Source: a virus
Strand: one strand, 5' to 3'
Length of the DNA: 64,000 nt
IMG/VR virus record: IMGVR_UViG_3300033145_000788
Span: 34,977 to 98,976 of that record
A model generated the notes under the pieces. That model was given only the letters and a program-made list of their open reading frames with translations. It ran no database searches and was not told where the DNA came from. The translations under genes were made by a program, and so were the position numbers. This document shows, in pieces, positions 38,577-48,493 of the stretch (positions are counted from its first letter, which is position 1; each line of letters opens with the position of its first letter).

Positions 38577-40013
38577 ATGCTCGATGCAATGATTCCAAAA
38601 TCCTATTTGACAGACCAATTCGCCGGGGTCGTGGCTGGGGCGATAGTCGCCGATATATTGAAAAGAAGAAAGGAATATTCCCAGGATGAGGTCGAATGGG
38701 AAGCCGAGGCCTGGAGGGAATTCATTGAAAAAGTCGCCGATCCGGGAGAGAAAAAGTTCGTGGCCGTCATGTCCGGCCTCTTCGAGGAGCAGAAAGCCGA
38801 GGTCCTGGCCAACATGAAACGAGCCCCGAAATCTCTTGTCAAGGAGCGGCAGATAGAATCCTGGTTGTTTGGAAGGAAAAAATGGGAGCGGCGATTCCAG
38901 AGAGAAGGAATAGATCTCATGGAGGGAATCGCCGTTACGAATGGGCAGAGGATAATGGACGATCTCCCCGTGATCGGTGTATCGTTCGACGTGACGAATC
39001 CAGAAGTGGCTTCCGCCCTGAAGGAACGGTCAATCAAGTTTTCCAAGGAAGTCGTCGGGACGACAGAGGAAAGGATTCGGGCAACTTTGGCCGAAGGGAT
39101 AGCGCAAGGCGAATCAATCCCCGTCCTGCGTGACCGGATATCCGCCTATTTTGCGGCGGACCGGATAGCAAAGAGGGCGGAGATGATAGCCCGGAACGAG
39201 ACGATCTGGGCGAGCAATGCCGGGGCGGAGTATTCTTATATCCAGTCCGGCGTGGTCGAGGGGAAGGAATGGCTGATCGCGGCTGACGACCGCACATGCG
39301 AATTCTGTTTTACGGCCAGAGATGATTTTGGTCCGAAAGGGAGTAAGGGGCCAACCCCTCTCGGGAAAGCCTTCTATGAAGTGGGGGACGAGGTAACCGG
39401 GGCGGATGGCGGGAAGATGACTCTGTCATACGATACGGTGAACTGGCCTCCGCTTCATGTGCGCTGCAGATGTTCCATCGTTCCCGTATTGATGGAAGCA
39501 CCAATATCTCCCCTTAAACCGGTAAGTTCTACGATTCCTGGGGTGGCAGGGAGGATTCCTCTTTGCGGGCCGAAGTCAAAAGCCCAGGTTTCTTGTTTAC
39601 AGGGGGCCGATGTAGAACGGATACAGCGGGCGACAAAATCTCATCTGCCGGCTACTCGTGAAGTCCAGATGATCGGGGAAGCAAATGAGGGCCGTTTGGC
39701 TTCCGTTTTGAAAAAAGGGAAAGGGCTTCCGGATAATGAAGCCTTTGATGTCATAGTGGGAACGGTGAAGAAACCGGATCATTTGATAGAAGTGAAAACT
39801 ATTGTCCGAGGTAAAAATAATAAAATTACAATGCATCCAGATTCTCGAAGGCGCAAGTTGGCCAAGGCTGCTGAACATCCCGATGCCAAGGTTCACACAG
39901 TTGTCTTTGATGAAAGATCAAAACAAATTTTTTATCGAGAAGGGGTTGGAAGTTTTAGATTGGGAGGGATGAAGGAAGTCACTCTGGAGGATTTAAAGGG
40001 GATATTAATATGA
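38577..40013 (+). CDS. Head morphogenesis protein (SPP1 gp7/MuF) with C-terminal PD-(D/E)XK-like extension
   Basis: RAEMIARNE, KEWLIAADDRTCEFC, PPLHVRCRCSIVP; extension with GEANE, DNEAFDV, IEVKT. Confidence 0.85.
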   Translation: MLDAMIPKSYLTDQFAGVVAGAIVADILKRRKEYSQDEVEWEAEAWREFIEKVADPGEKKFVAVMSGLFEEQKAEVLANMKRAPKSLVKERQIESWLFGRKKWERRFQREGIDLMEGIAVTNGQRIMDDLPVIGVSFDVTNPEVASALKERSIKFSKEVVGTTEERIRATLAEGIAQGESIPVLRDRISAYFAADRIAKRAEMIARNETIWASNAGAEYSYIQSGVVEGKEWLIAADDRTCEFCFTARDDFGPKGSKGPTPLGKAFYEVGDEVTGADGGKMTLSYDTVNWPPLHVRCRCSIVPVLMEAPISPLKPVSSTIPGVAGRIPLCGPKSKAQVSCLQGADVERIQRATKSHLPATREVQMIGEANEGRLASVLKKGKGLPDNEAFDVIVGTVKKPDHLIEVKTIVRGKNNKITMHPDSRRRKLAKAAEHPDAKVHTVVFDERSKQIFYREGVGSFRLGGMKEVTLEDLKGILI

Positions 40014-40306
40014 GTTATCAGTTATATGATGTCAAGGGATACCTCGGAGACTTTGCGACTGCGGATGGACTCAAACAATTGCGAGAGGCAATCTATTCAA
40101 AAGGAGAAAATGCCGCATTTGAATTTTTGGAATTAGGGGCTTCTTTGATTACGGATGAATTAGAAGAGAATCTCAAGGATTTAATTAAGAAAATAAAAGA
40201 GCCTTCGGTGAAAGAGACCTTGAAGAATCTTATTAAATTGATGAATGGGGCCGAATTGGCGATAATTATAAATGATGGATTGAACGATAATTTAACGGAG
40301 GATTAA
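40010..40306 (+). CDS. Small acidic protein, candidate MuF immunity protein
   Basis: Overlaps the MuF stop (ATGA); 98 aa. Confidence 0.45.
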   Translation: MSYQLYDVKGYLGDFATADGLKQLREAIYSKGENAAFEFLELGASLITDELEENLKDLIKKIKEPSVKETLKNLIKLMNGAELAIIINDGLNDNLTED

Positions 40307-40310
40307 AACC

Positions 40311-43300
40311 ATGGAATTGATAACAAAACGAACGCCGGTCAACGAAGCCAATTTACCGGATTGGGCGAAGGATGCCCTAGAGAAGCAGGGGCTCAATCCG
40401 GAAGAGGCCCAGTTCATCCGGAAGGGCTACGATATGCCTGCCGAGAACATTGAATTCAAGGAAGGTGAACGGGCATCTATTGATTATATTTCGACTAAGA
40501 GGATAGACCGGGATAATGAGATCGTGGTTCCAAAAGGCGCAATCCTGGATGATTACAAAAAGAACCCGGTCGTCTTGTGGGGCCACGATTATCGTGGGAT
40601 GCCGATAGGTCGGAGCCAGTGGATAAAGATAGATGAAAAGGGCGTCATTGCAAAGACCGAATACGCCAACACCGCCAAGGCCGACGAGGTCTATGAATAC
40701 CGCAAGGCCGGATTCCCCCTAGCTAAATCCATTGGATTTATTCCTCTGGAATCGGTGGAGGAGAAGGATTTCAAAGACTTGGATCTTAAGGAACTCGGAT
40801 TGACCGGCGACGATATCAAGGGGGCCAAGAGGATTTATCCTAAATGGCTCATGCTGGAATATTCCGATGTACCTGTTCCTTCTAACCCGGACGCCGTGCA
40901 GTTGGCCGTCAACAAGGGTTTATTATCCGAGGAAGAAGCCGGGGATTGGGTTCTTGAAATAGAGGACGATGACGAAATTCAGGTTAACCCTGAAGGGATG
41001 GTTATTGAGGAGAAGGAAGAAAAGATTCCTTTCAAGCGGACAAAGGTCAAGGTTGAAGATCTAGACGAGAAATCTCCCGAAGAACCAGATGATGAAGTTG
41101 TAATAGAGATCGAGGAAGAAGAAACCGAAGAAGAAATGGAGACGGTTACTAAGCCTGAGACAACCGAGAATTACCATCGGGTCCCCGCTCCTGGAGAAGC
41201 CGGTAAGCATGATGGTCATAAGATCAGGACGGATACCATCTCAGAAGACGATGGCATCAAGGGTCTTTATTGCGTGGATTGCAAGGTATATATTACCTAT
41301 CTCTTTGATGTTGATAAGTGGTCTATGGAAGAGGCCCAGACTTGGGTCCGTGAACATTCTAAAGATCATGGGGAGCAGAAAGGGGCAATTGGATCAAGTG
41401 GGCTTCCGACTAATCCCAAGTCTTCCTGGGATGGCGGTGCCGCAGTGGCCCGGATGAGAAAGCTGGCCGGAGGGCCGGACAAGGAGAATATCAAATGGGA
41501 TAGTTATGCCAAGGGGTTCTGCTGGCATAATTCGGCTGAAACCGAGGATTTCGGTTCATACAAATTGCCATTTGCCGATGTGATAGGCGGCAAATTGACG
41601 GCGACCTGGGGCGGTGTGCATACTGCCATGGGCGCGGTGATGGGAGCACGGACTCCAGTTGATATTCCTTCGGGGGACCGGAAGCGAGTTTATAATCTAT
41701 TGGTTGGATATTACAAGAAGTTTGACAAGGAGCCGCCTGAGTTTAAGGAATTGGAGGATATCGAGGCGGAAGAGGAAATACGGGAGCTTGATCAATTGGA
41801 GAATTTGCTCAAAGGAAAGCAATATAAAGATCAACCTCAAAAGCAAGAGAGGTGGAATCTCTCTTTGCCTAAAGCCTTTGATGTTGCCAAAGTTGAATCG
41901 GAATCCTCGACGATGGAATATGATTTAATCTCTAAGTTCTTGGAATGCCAAGTCAAGGAGATTTTTCAGAATGAAATCTTTGTTCCGAGTGCGATGATTG
42001 GTAACTATTTAGCGGCATTGAAAGCGGCGGTTGAACCCTTTGAACTCAAGGATATCAGGAATTTCTCTTATGATGGGACAGAATCCCCTCCGATTTCGGA
42101 GGTTATTCAATTAAATTCAACATCGGAGGATGATTTCCTAATTGAAGGTTATTCATTCTATGATACAGGAAGCATTTATCTTGTAACGAACATTTATCCT
42201 GTTTGGCAAGGAATGATATTTACTTTGTCTACCATCCAAGATGAGAAAGATTGGAATAAGGGAATAGTTTCAGAAATACACAAGTGGGTTAAAGAGAATA
42301 ATTATCTCAAGGGGGAGACCTTTGCATTATCTGGAGAGTTCTTAACAGATGGGCTGGATGATGATTGGGGTGATTTATTTTTATCTCAGAAGAATTTCGA
42401 CGGGGTCAAGAAAGCGGTTGATTATATCAATAAGAAGGGCAAAGAACTTCCGAATAGGGGACTTCTTCTTATGGGGCCTCCGGGAACCGGGAAGACAATG
42501 TCTGGTCGGGCGGTTGCCAATAATATCAAGGAAGAGACGACATTTATTTGGGTGAGTTCTAGAGATTTCTTTCGGAGTCGTGATGGCGCTCCGGGCGGGA
42601 TATCTTATGCATTTCATATGGCCCGTGACCTGGCTCCAACTGTATTATTTATTGAGGATATAGATCATTGGTTGGATGATGGTACATTGGATCTTCTTAA
42701 GACCGAGATGGATGGATTGAGAAAAGGTAAGGGTATCGTTACCATTTTAACATCCAATTATCCCGAACGGCTCCCGGATTCCCTGATAGATAGACCGGGG
42801 AGGTTTCACGATGTCCTCAATTTCAGCCTTCCAGATTTCGGGATCCGGAAGGATATGATGGCCCATTGGACTGGTGGAATCCACGATAAGGCTCTTGAGT
42901 TCATGATTAATGAGACGGACGGATTTAGCGGGGCTCATATCTATGAGCTGGTCGAATTCGCCAAGATTTTGAAAGAGGAAGAGGAAATTCCCCTTGAGAA
43001 AGCCTTGGAGTTGAGTCTTAGGAAAATGATAGAACAGAGGGAATTGATTGAGCAAGTTCAACAAGGCCCAAAATCTCTTGAACCAGAAGATGATATAATT
43101 CTCGAACTCGAAGAAGAGGATGATATTATCCTTGATCTGCAGGATGAACCGATTGGGAAAGAAGGCCGGGTCTTGTCGGCCAAGAACAGGGCGACCATTA
43201 AAGTGGCCATTGAGGGGATGTCCAGGGCGGTTGTAGCTTTGGGCGAACTCATGGATGCCACGGAACCAAATAAAGAGGAAGAAAGGCCTGCCGCAAGTGC

Positions 43301-43511
43301 GAGCGAAGAGCGGGCCGTTGAGGAAGATGGGATAGAAATTAAGGAAGATACAGAGGAATCCGGTGACGACGAACTTATTTCCTCAGAGGATGTGGGGCGA
43401 GTTATCATGGAGATTTTTAAGGAAGCAATTCCTATAATAAAAATTGACACCGACAAGCTAGTGAAGGATGGGTTCGATATCGCCAGGGGAAAAGTCGTGT
43501 TTGAAGATTAG
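40311..43511 (+). CDS. HK97-type prohead protease fused to additional domains including an AAA+ ATPase
   Basis: DRDNEIV, NPVVLWGH, PIG, SIGF, LEYSDVPVPSNPDA; later GPPGTGKT, LFIEDID, TSNYPERLPDSLIDRPGRF, GFSGA. Confidence 0.88.
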   Translation: MELITKRTPVNEANLPDWAKDALEKQGLNPEEAQFIRKGYDMPAENIEFKEGERASIDYISTKRIDRDNEIVVPKGAILDDYKKNPVVLWGHDYRGMPIGRSQWIKIDEKGVIAKTEYANTAKADEVYEYRKAGFPLAKSIGFIPLESVEEKDFKDLDLKELGLTGDDIKGAKRIYPKWLMLEYSDVPVPSNPDAVQLAVNKGLLSEEEAGDWVLEIEDDDEIQVNPEGMVIEEKEEKIPFKRTKVKVEDLDEKSPEEPDDEVVIEIEEEETEEEMETVTKPETTENYHRVPAPGEAGKHDGHKIRTDTISEDDGIKGLYCVDCKVYITYLFDVDKWSMEEAQTWVREHSKDHGEQKGAIGSSGLPTNPKSSWDGGAAVARMRKLAGGPDKENIKWDSYAKGFCWHNSAETEDFGSYKLPFADVIGGKLTATWGGVHTAMGAVMGARTPVDIPSGDRKRVYNLLVGYYKKFDKEPPEFKELEDIEAEEEIRELDQLENLLKGKQYKDQPQKQERWNLSLPKAFDVAKVESESSTMEYDLISKFLECQVKEIFQNEIFVPSAMIGNYLAALKAAVEPFELKDIRNFSYDGTESPPISEVIQLNSTSEDDFLIEGYSFYDTGSIYLVTNIYPVWQGMIFTLSTIQDEKDWNKGIVSEIHKWVKENNYLKGETFALSGEFLTDGLDDDWGDLFLSQKNFDGVKKAVDYINKKGKELPNRGLLLMGPPGTGKTMSGRAVANNIKEETTFIWVSSRDFFRSRDGAPGGISYAFHMARDLAPTVLFIEDIDHWLDDGTLDLLKTEMDGLRKGKGIVTILTSNYPERLPDSLIDRPGRFHDVLNFSLPDFGIRKDMMAHWTGGIHDKALEFMINETDGFSGAHIYELVEFAKILKEEEEIPLEKALELSLRKMIEQRELIEQVQQGPKSLEPEDDIILELEEEDDIILDLQDEPIGKEGRVLSAKNRATIKVAIEGMSRAVVALGELMDATEPNKEEERPAASASEERAVEEDGIEIKEDTEESGDDELISSEDVGRVIMEIFKEAIPIIKIDTDKLVKDGFDIARGKVVFED

Positions 43512-43630
43512 GTGTTAGGTCGGGCGAGTATCCCGCGGAGATAGATTCGAGAGCTATCAGTGGGGGAAATGCAAGGCTGGAGATGCTGATCATAGATAGA
43601 TGGAGGAACGTAACTATAACCTGAAACTGT

Positions 43631-43656
43631 GCCGCCCGGAGAGGCGGTTTTTATTT
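43631..43656 (+). terminator. Intrinsic terminator-like hairpin just before the capsid gene
   Basis: GCCGCC-cggaga-GGCGGT followed by TTTTATTT. Confidence 0.5.
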
Positions 43657-43669
43657 AGAGGAGTATAAA

Positions 43670-44929
43670 ATGCAGATAACAAAAGAGCAACTGAAAGAAA
43701 TTATTGTCGAAAACGTAACTCCTTTATTGGAGGCACACGGTAAGAAGATGGAGGATGTTCAGACTGAAGTAGATGAGAAGATCAAGGCTTATGCCGAGCA
43801 ACTCGCTCTGGTTCCGTCGGGGATCGTGGTCGGTGAGGAAGGTTTAGATCGTGACAAGAAGGGCGGATTTAAGTGTTTGAGCCATTTTGCGGAAGATGTT
43901 TTTAAAGCGGAAATAAATCCTAATAAGGTTCTTACTCCAGAATTACAGGCATGGCTTGATCATTATAAGGCAGCTGATAGCACGACCTTGTTGGAAGGAG
44001 AAGATCAGTATGGTGGATTCTTGATTCCAGAGGAATACAGGACAGACCTATGGATGGCCCTGGAAGCCGAGAGCCCGATTTATAATCGGTGTACACGGAT
44101 TCCTATAAAAGGAACATCTGTTCGGTTTCCCTATGTCAACGGGTTCGACGAATCCGGTGGAACCGTATGGGGCGGAATTCAATGGAGTTGGTTAGATGAA
44201 CTTGCGGATAAATCGGCAACCCGCCCGAAATTCGGAATGGTCAGATTGGAGCTGAAAAAATTAGCAGGATTGGCGTTTGCTTCGGATGAGATTCTCAGGG
44301 ACAGCCCGGTAAGTCTCGAAACGATCTTTAAAAAGGGATTTACGGAAGGGCTGGATTTTGAACTGTCCCGTGTTGTCATCCGGGGAAGTGGTGCCGGTCA
44401 ACCGCTTGGAATTCTAAGTTCTCCGCCTAAAGTGCGGGTTAGTAAAGAGACGGGCCAGGCGGCCGATACAATCGTTTATGAAAACATTCTAAAGATGTAT
44501 TCGAGGTTATATCGGAAAGCCGCTGCACTTTGGTTGGTTAATGAGGAATGCCAGGTTCAGCTCGCCACTATGCATTTGGCGGTTGGTACTGGTGGGCTTC
44601 CGGTTTATATGCCGGCCAATGGAGCAGCAGGGATGCCCCTTGAGACTCTTATGGGCAAACCGATTGTGTGGTGTAAACATTGTTCTACTCTCGGAACTGA
44701 GGGCGACATTATGTTGGTTGATCTGAGTCAGTATCTGTTGGGCCTTCCGGCCGGACAGGCTAGTGGCGGAGAGTTTGCGACTTCTGTTCATTTGAAGTTC
44801 GACGCCGACCAGACAGCGTTCCGTTTTGTATTCCGGGTGGATGGACAACCTTGGTGGAGTGATTATTATACTCCGCCCCAGGCGACATCTCACACGATGT
44901 CTCCTTTCATCACACTTGAGGATAGATAA
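43670..44929 (+). CDS. Major capsid protein (HK97 fold)
   Basis: GGFLIPEEY, KFG.V.L..KKLAGL...SDE.L.DS, G.G.GQPLGIL, LMGKP, F..DQTAFR...RVDGQP. Confidence 0.92.
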   Translation: MQITKEQLKEIIVENVTPLLEAHGKKMEDVQTEVDEKIKAYAEQLALVPSGIVVGEEGLDRDKKGGFKCLSHFAEDVFKAEINPNKVLTPELQAWLDHYKAADSTTLLEGEDQYGGFLIPEEYRTDLWMALEAESPIYNRCTRIPIKGTSVRFPYVNGFDESGGTVWGGIQWSWLDELADKSATRPKFGMVRLELKKLAGLAFASDEILRDSPVSLETIFKKGFTEGLDFELSRVVIRGSGAGQPLGILSSPPKVRVSKETGQAADTIVYENILKMYSRLYRKAAALWLVNEECQVQLATMHLAVGTGGLPVYMPANGAAGMPLETLMGKPIVWCKHCSTLGTEGDIMLVDLSQYLLGLPAGQASGGEFATSVHLKFDADQTAFRFVFRVDGQPWWSDYYTPPQATSHTMSPFITLEDR

Positions 44930-44943
44930 TAACTAATAACCCA

Positions 44944-44972
44944 AAGGGCTGCTAATTGCAGCCCTTCCTTTA
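44944..44972 (+). terminator. Hairpin after the capsid gene
   Basis: AAGGGCTGC-taatt-GCAGCCCTT with a weak U-tract. Confidence 0.5.
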
Positions 44973-44988
44973 TGGAGGTAAATGAACA

Positions 44989-45492
44989 ATGCAGACATTA
45001 GCACAGAATATGTTGCCTATTAATTATCTTCCCCCGGCTTCTCAAAGCTCCGTATCGAGCTTGAGCAAGAGCAGCACGTCTAATTTCATCAGTCTCAAGA
45101 ATTATGAGAAGGCGACTTTCATCGTTACGACAGGGGCGATGACCGAAGCTACAACCAGTATTTCGGCTTATCAGGCGGTGAATGTTTCGGGGAGTTCGGT
45201 TAGTACAACGGCTCTGAATTTGGACGTATATTGGACTGATAAGGCTACCGCCTCTACGACTCGCGTTTTTGTGAGGACGGCTGCTACATCTGACAAGGTC
45301 GTGGTGGACAGTACGAACAATGCCACTTACATCTTTGAGATTGACGCCAAACAGTTGAACCAGGCTTCGTCTTTCGACTGTATTTGCCTTGGGATTGCTG
45401 GAATCAGTGCGGCTGCTTTATTCGGAGTGACGGCTATTCTACATCCGGCACGGTATGCCAAAGATCCGTTGATAACAGCTAAGGCTGACTAA
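44989..45492 (+). CDS. Putative capsid decoration protein
   Basis: Directly after MCP; beta-rich; ISLKNYE...FDC...RY. Confidence 0.55.
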   Translation: MQTLAQNMLPINYLPPASQSSVSSLSKSSTSNFISLKNYEKATFIVTTGAMTEATTSISAYQAVNVSGSSVSTTALNLDVYWTDKATASTTRVFVRTAATSDKVVVDSTNNATYIFEIDAKQLNQASSFDCICLGIAGISAAALFGVTAILHPARYAKDPLITAKAD

Positions 45493-45522
45493 TAATAACC
45501 TATAATCGGTGACCCCTGAAAT

Positions 45523-46425
45523 ATGGGGTCACCCCGCTTTTGCGGGAAAGGAAAAGTAGTGTTTAAAGACGATGGTAAATTAGAGGATTTTGGAGAATCA
45601 TATTATCAACGGGTTAATGATGAAGATATCGTTGCGAAATTACTTCCTCTTCTAAGGCAAGGAGGAATGATTCTTCGTCCGGCGGACGGTAAATTAATGG
45701 TCGAATCGCCTAAGATGGCTTATGAGACTCCTTGGCATCATGTCAATCACGACCCGTTTTTGGATTGTAATACATGGCATTCGATTATATTTAATTTCTT
45801 ATCTCAGGAACTTCCTCCGGGAAGATGTTTTGCCCCTTCGGCGTGCCACCAATGTTGGAAGGTGGTCGTACGACCTCCAACTCTCAAGAAACTCTTTGCT
45901 CTGCTTGTTTTGCAACAACGACTTGGACGACCGAGCAAGTGTGGGATCGAGACGAGGGAATATGTGCATGGCCTCTATGGTGGATATTTTTATAACCGAA
46001 GTCTTGAGGCAGGATTAGAGTGCTATAAACTCGTTAGGGATGAGGTTAATAAAGATCCAGAGCTTGGCGAGGATATTCCTGTAATCTTGAAACGTGGTTG
46101 CACTGAATTCGAGAAAGGAGCCGGTCCGAGTTCCGAATGGACAATCACTGCAGAACAGATCAAGCTTGAGAGTTTGGTGAATAAATACGTGGTTAGGAAT
46201 GCTCTTATGTGGGAGCAACCTCAGCATCTGATTGCCCACGTGCATAATCTCTGGATTAAATGGGCCTATATGAATGGTGATTCGACTTATAAAGAATATA
46301 CCGGAGGTAAGCCGCTTCAGCGACCAGTAGTGACGTATCATCATTTAGTGGATGCGGACGAGAAAGAGGTTGAGGAACAGATATATAAGTTCCGCCGGAT
46401 ATACTATTACGATTATTCACTTTAG
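45523..46425 (+). CDS. Hypothetical protein
   Basis: C..CWKVVVRP.TL..LF, KCGIE.R, YGGYFY, LKRGCTEFE motifs. Confidence 0.6.
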   Translation: MGSPRFCGKGKVVFKDDGKLEDFGESYYQRVNDEDIVAKLLPLLRQGGMILRPADGKLMVESPKMAYETPWHHVNHDPFLDCNTWHSIIFNFLSQELPPGRCFAPSACHQCWKVVVRPPTLKKLFALLVLQQRLGRPSKCGIETREYVHGLYGGYFYNRSLEAGLECYKLVRDEVNKDPELGEDIPVILKRGCTEFEKGAGPSSEWTITAEQIKLESLVNKYVVRNALMWEQPQHLIAHVHNLWIKWAYMNGDSTYKEYTGGKPLQRPVVTYHHLVDADEKEVEEQIYKFRRIYYYDYSL

Positions 46426-46439
46426 AAAGGAATAAAAAT

Positions 46440-46826
46440 ATGTCATTGGTACAAAACAGTTATATTAAGATTGAACTTAAAGAAGAGTGGATGTCAAATC
46501 CTGAAGGAATGGAAATGGTCATTCATAGGACTAAGGCTCGGGATTTGGTTGAGCGTGGAGTCGCACGGTATATTGAAGAACCGGAGGAGATTCCTGGAAT
46601 GATTACGGTCAGCGGAATTGATTATTATCCTGTTAAACTGCTCCGTGAATGGATGGGACATCCGAAAGGATCTAAACTAACATTGGCTGCTTTTATGGCT
46701 AATGAATTAATTGGAAGACGAACAGCTAAATTGTTGACAGAGAAACAAGTGGGAAAAGAGAAAAATAAAGAGCTTAAAGAACCGGTCAAGGACAAGATGT
46801 TCAAGCGGCCGGGTAAATCGAAATAG
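46440..46826 (+). CDS. Small head-associated protein with a duplicated domain
   Basis: Two copies of V/IxL..EWM..P.G...A..L..R..A. Confidence 0.5.
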   Translation: MSLVQNSYIKIELKEEWMSNPEGMEMVIHRTKARDLVERGVARYIEEPEEIPGMITVSGIDYYPVKLLREWMGHPKGSKLTLAAFMANELIGRRTAKLLTEKQVGKEKNKELKEPVKDKMFKRPGKSK

Positions 46827-46870
46827 GTAACTGATTCCACAGGACGTTAGAACCGTCCGGGAGGATTTAT

Positions 46871-47635
46871 ATGTCATTAACTCGTATTGGATCGAAATAT
46901 ACAGGAGGCTGGTTGTCATTCTATTCCGGAGCCCGCAATGTGGAACTCACCACCTATCCAGGAACGGTGACCGGGGTGGCCGGTTGGGAATTATTCCAGT
47001 CCCGGATTCCCCCGTCCCCGGAGCTGGGGTATGGGAGTAGCGAGGATTTCGCCCCATCTAAATTATATGATACCACTACATATCCGGGGTTCACCGTGAC
47101 CGATGCCTCTGGGACATTAGTAATGGCCGATGCGGCTGGCGGTGTGCTTCAATTGACACCACTAAATAAGGAAGACAAGGGAATCCAAATGCAATCGGAC
47201 GGGGAGATAATCCTTCCTGCCGCCACTAAGGACTTTTGGTTTGAGTGCCGAGTCAAAGGAAATGATGTAACTGAGGTTGATTGGTTTATTGGTTTAGCCA
47301 CTACGGATACGTCCCTGATCGCCAGTGTACCGAATAGTTTGATTGCTTTCAGGACCGATGATGGGGACGCCAATATTAATTTCCAAGTTCGTAGTGGTGG
47401 GACTGGAGATGCGGCGGATACAGGGGTTGATCTCACCGATGGTGCCTGGACACGCTTGGGATTTTTCATTAATGGGGTTACGTCCGTGACACCTTATGTT
47501 GATGGGGTTGCTAAGACAGCGGTGACGGCCAATATCCCTGCGACCGAGATGGCGTTGAGCTTTGCTGTTTTGACTGGGGAGAATGCGGCCAACACATTGG
47601 ATATAGATTGGTATAAACTGGAGCAATTAAGATAA
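46871..47635 (+). CDS. Virion jelly-roll (LamG-like) protein, paralog 1
   Basis: Highly similar to 47675-48448 (GGVLQLTP, WFECRV.GNDVTEVDWFIGL, LDIDWYK). Confidence 0.7.
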   Translation: MSLTRIGSKYTGGWLSFYSGARNVELTTYPGTVTGVAGWELFQSRIPPSPELGYGSSEDFAPSKLYDTTTYPGFTVTDASGTLVMADAAGGVLQLTPLNKEDKGIQMQSDGEIILPAATKDFWFECRVKGNDVTEVDWFIGLATTDTSLIASVPNSLIAFRTDDGDANINFQVRSGGTGDAADTGVDLTDGAWTRLGFFINGVTSVTPYVDGVAKTAVTANIPATEMALSFAVLTGENAANTLDIDWYKLEQLR

Positions 47636-47674
47636 TCCACAGGACGTTAGAACCGTCCGGGAGGAAAAAGAGAG

Positions 47675-48448
47675 ATGGGCATGGATCAAGTAAGTGGAAG
47701 AAACGAGGGCGGTTGGCTGGTCTATTATGCCAAGGGTGTCCATAACAAAGAAATTATCGCTTATCCCGCAGATGTGAAGGGGGTGGCCAATTGGGCCTTG
47801 TTTCAATCGATGGTGATGCCGAATCCGGAATGGGGTTACGGAACATTTGAGGATTTCACTCCGAGCATCCTGTATAGTACTACGGCGTATCCTGGATACG
47901 CGGTAACCGTAGCGACTTCGGGGACATTGGTAATGGCCGATGCTGCTGGTGGTGTGCTTCAGTTGACCCCTGCGGCGGCTGAGAACCAGGGAATCCAGAT
48001 GCAGACCGATGGCGAGATATTTCTGCCAGCGGCGAATAAAGATATTTGGTTTGAGTGCCGTGTCCGGGGGAACGACGTGACAGAAGTTGATTGGTTTATT
48101 GGATTGTGTGAGACGGATACAAACATAATCCAGGCTAATCCGACTAATGTAATCGGGTTCTGGACCCATGACGGAGACGCCAATATTGACTTTGAGGTCT
48201 CCAGTAGTGTTGGTGCTGCTGCCGCTGATACCGGTACAGATTTGGCCGATAATACCTGGATTCGCTTGGGATTCTTTGTCAACGGAATCACGTCTGTCAC
48301 ACCATATATTAATGGAACGGCCCAGACAGCAATTGGGGCAACGAATATTCCGGCGACGGAATTGGCTTTGGCTTTTGCTGTTTTGTCGGGAGAGGGTCAA
48401 GCAAATCGGCTTGATATAGATTGGTATAAGATCGTTCAACGTAGATAA
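47675..48448 (+). CDS. Virion jelly-roll (LamG-like) protein, paralog 2
   Basis: Tandem duplicate of the previous gene. Confidence 0.7.
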   Translation: MGMDQVSGRNEGGWLVYYAKGVHNKEIIAYPADVKGVANWALFQSMVMPNPEWGYGTFEDFTPSILYSTTAYPGYAVTVATSGTLVMADAAGGVLQLTPAAAENQGIQMQTDGEIFLPAANKDIWFECRVRGNDVTEVDWFIGLCETDTNIIQANPTNVIGFWTHDGDANIDFEVSSSVGAAAADTGTDLADNTWIRLGFFVNGITSVTPYINGTAQTAIGATNIPATELALAFAVLSGEGQANRLDIDWYKIVQRR

Positions 48449-48493
48449 CAACAATCCACAGGGCGTTTGAACCGCCCGGGAGGAAAGAGAGAG

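Larger units (their letters stand above)
46836..48484 (+). repeat. 30-nt RBS-overlapping hairpin repeat, three copies (46836-46865, 47636-47665, 48455-48484)
   Basis: TCCACAGGACGTTAGAACCGTCCGGGAGGA twice, plus TCCACAGGGCGTTTGAACCGCCCGGGAGGA. Confidence 0.9.
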
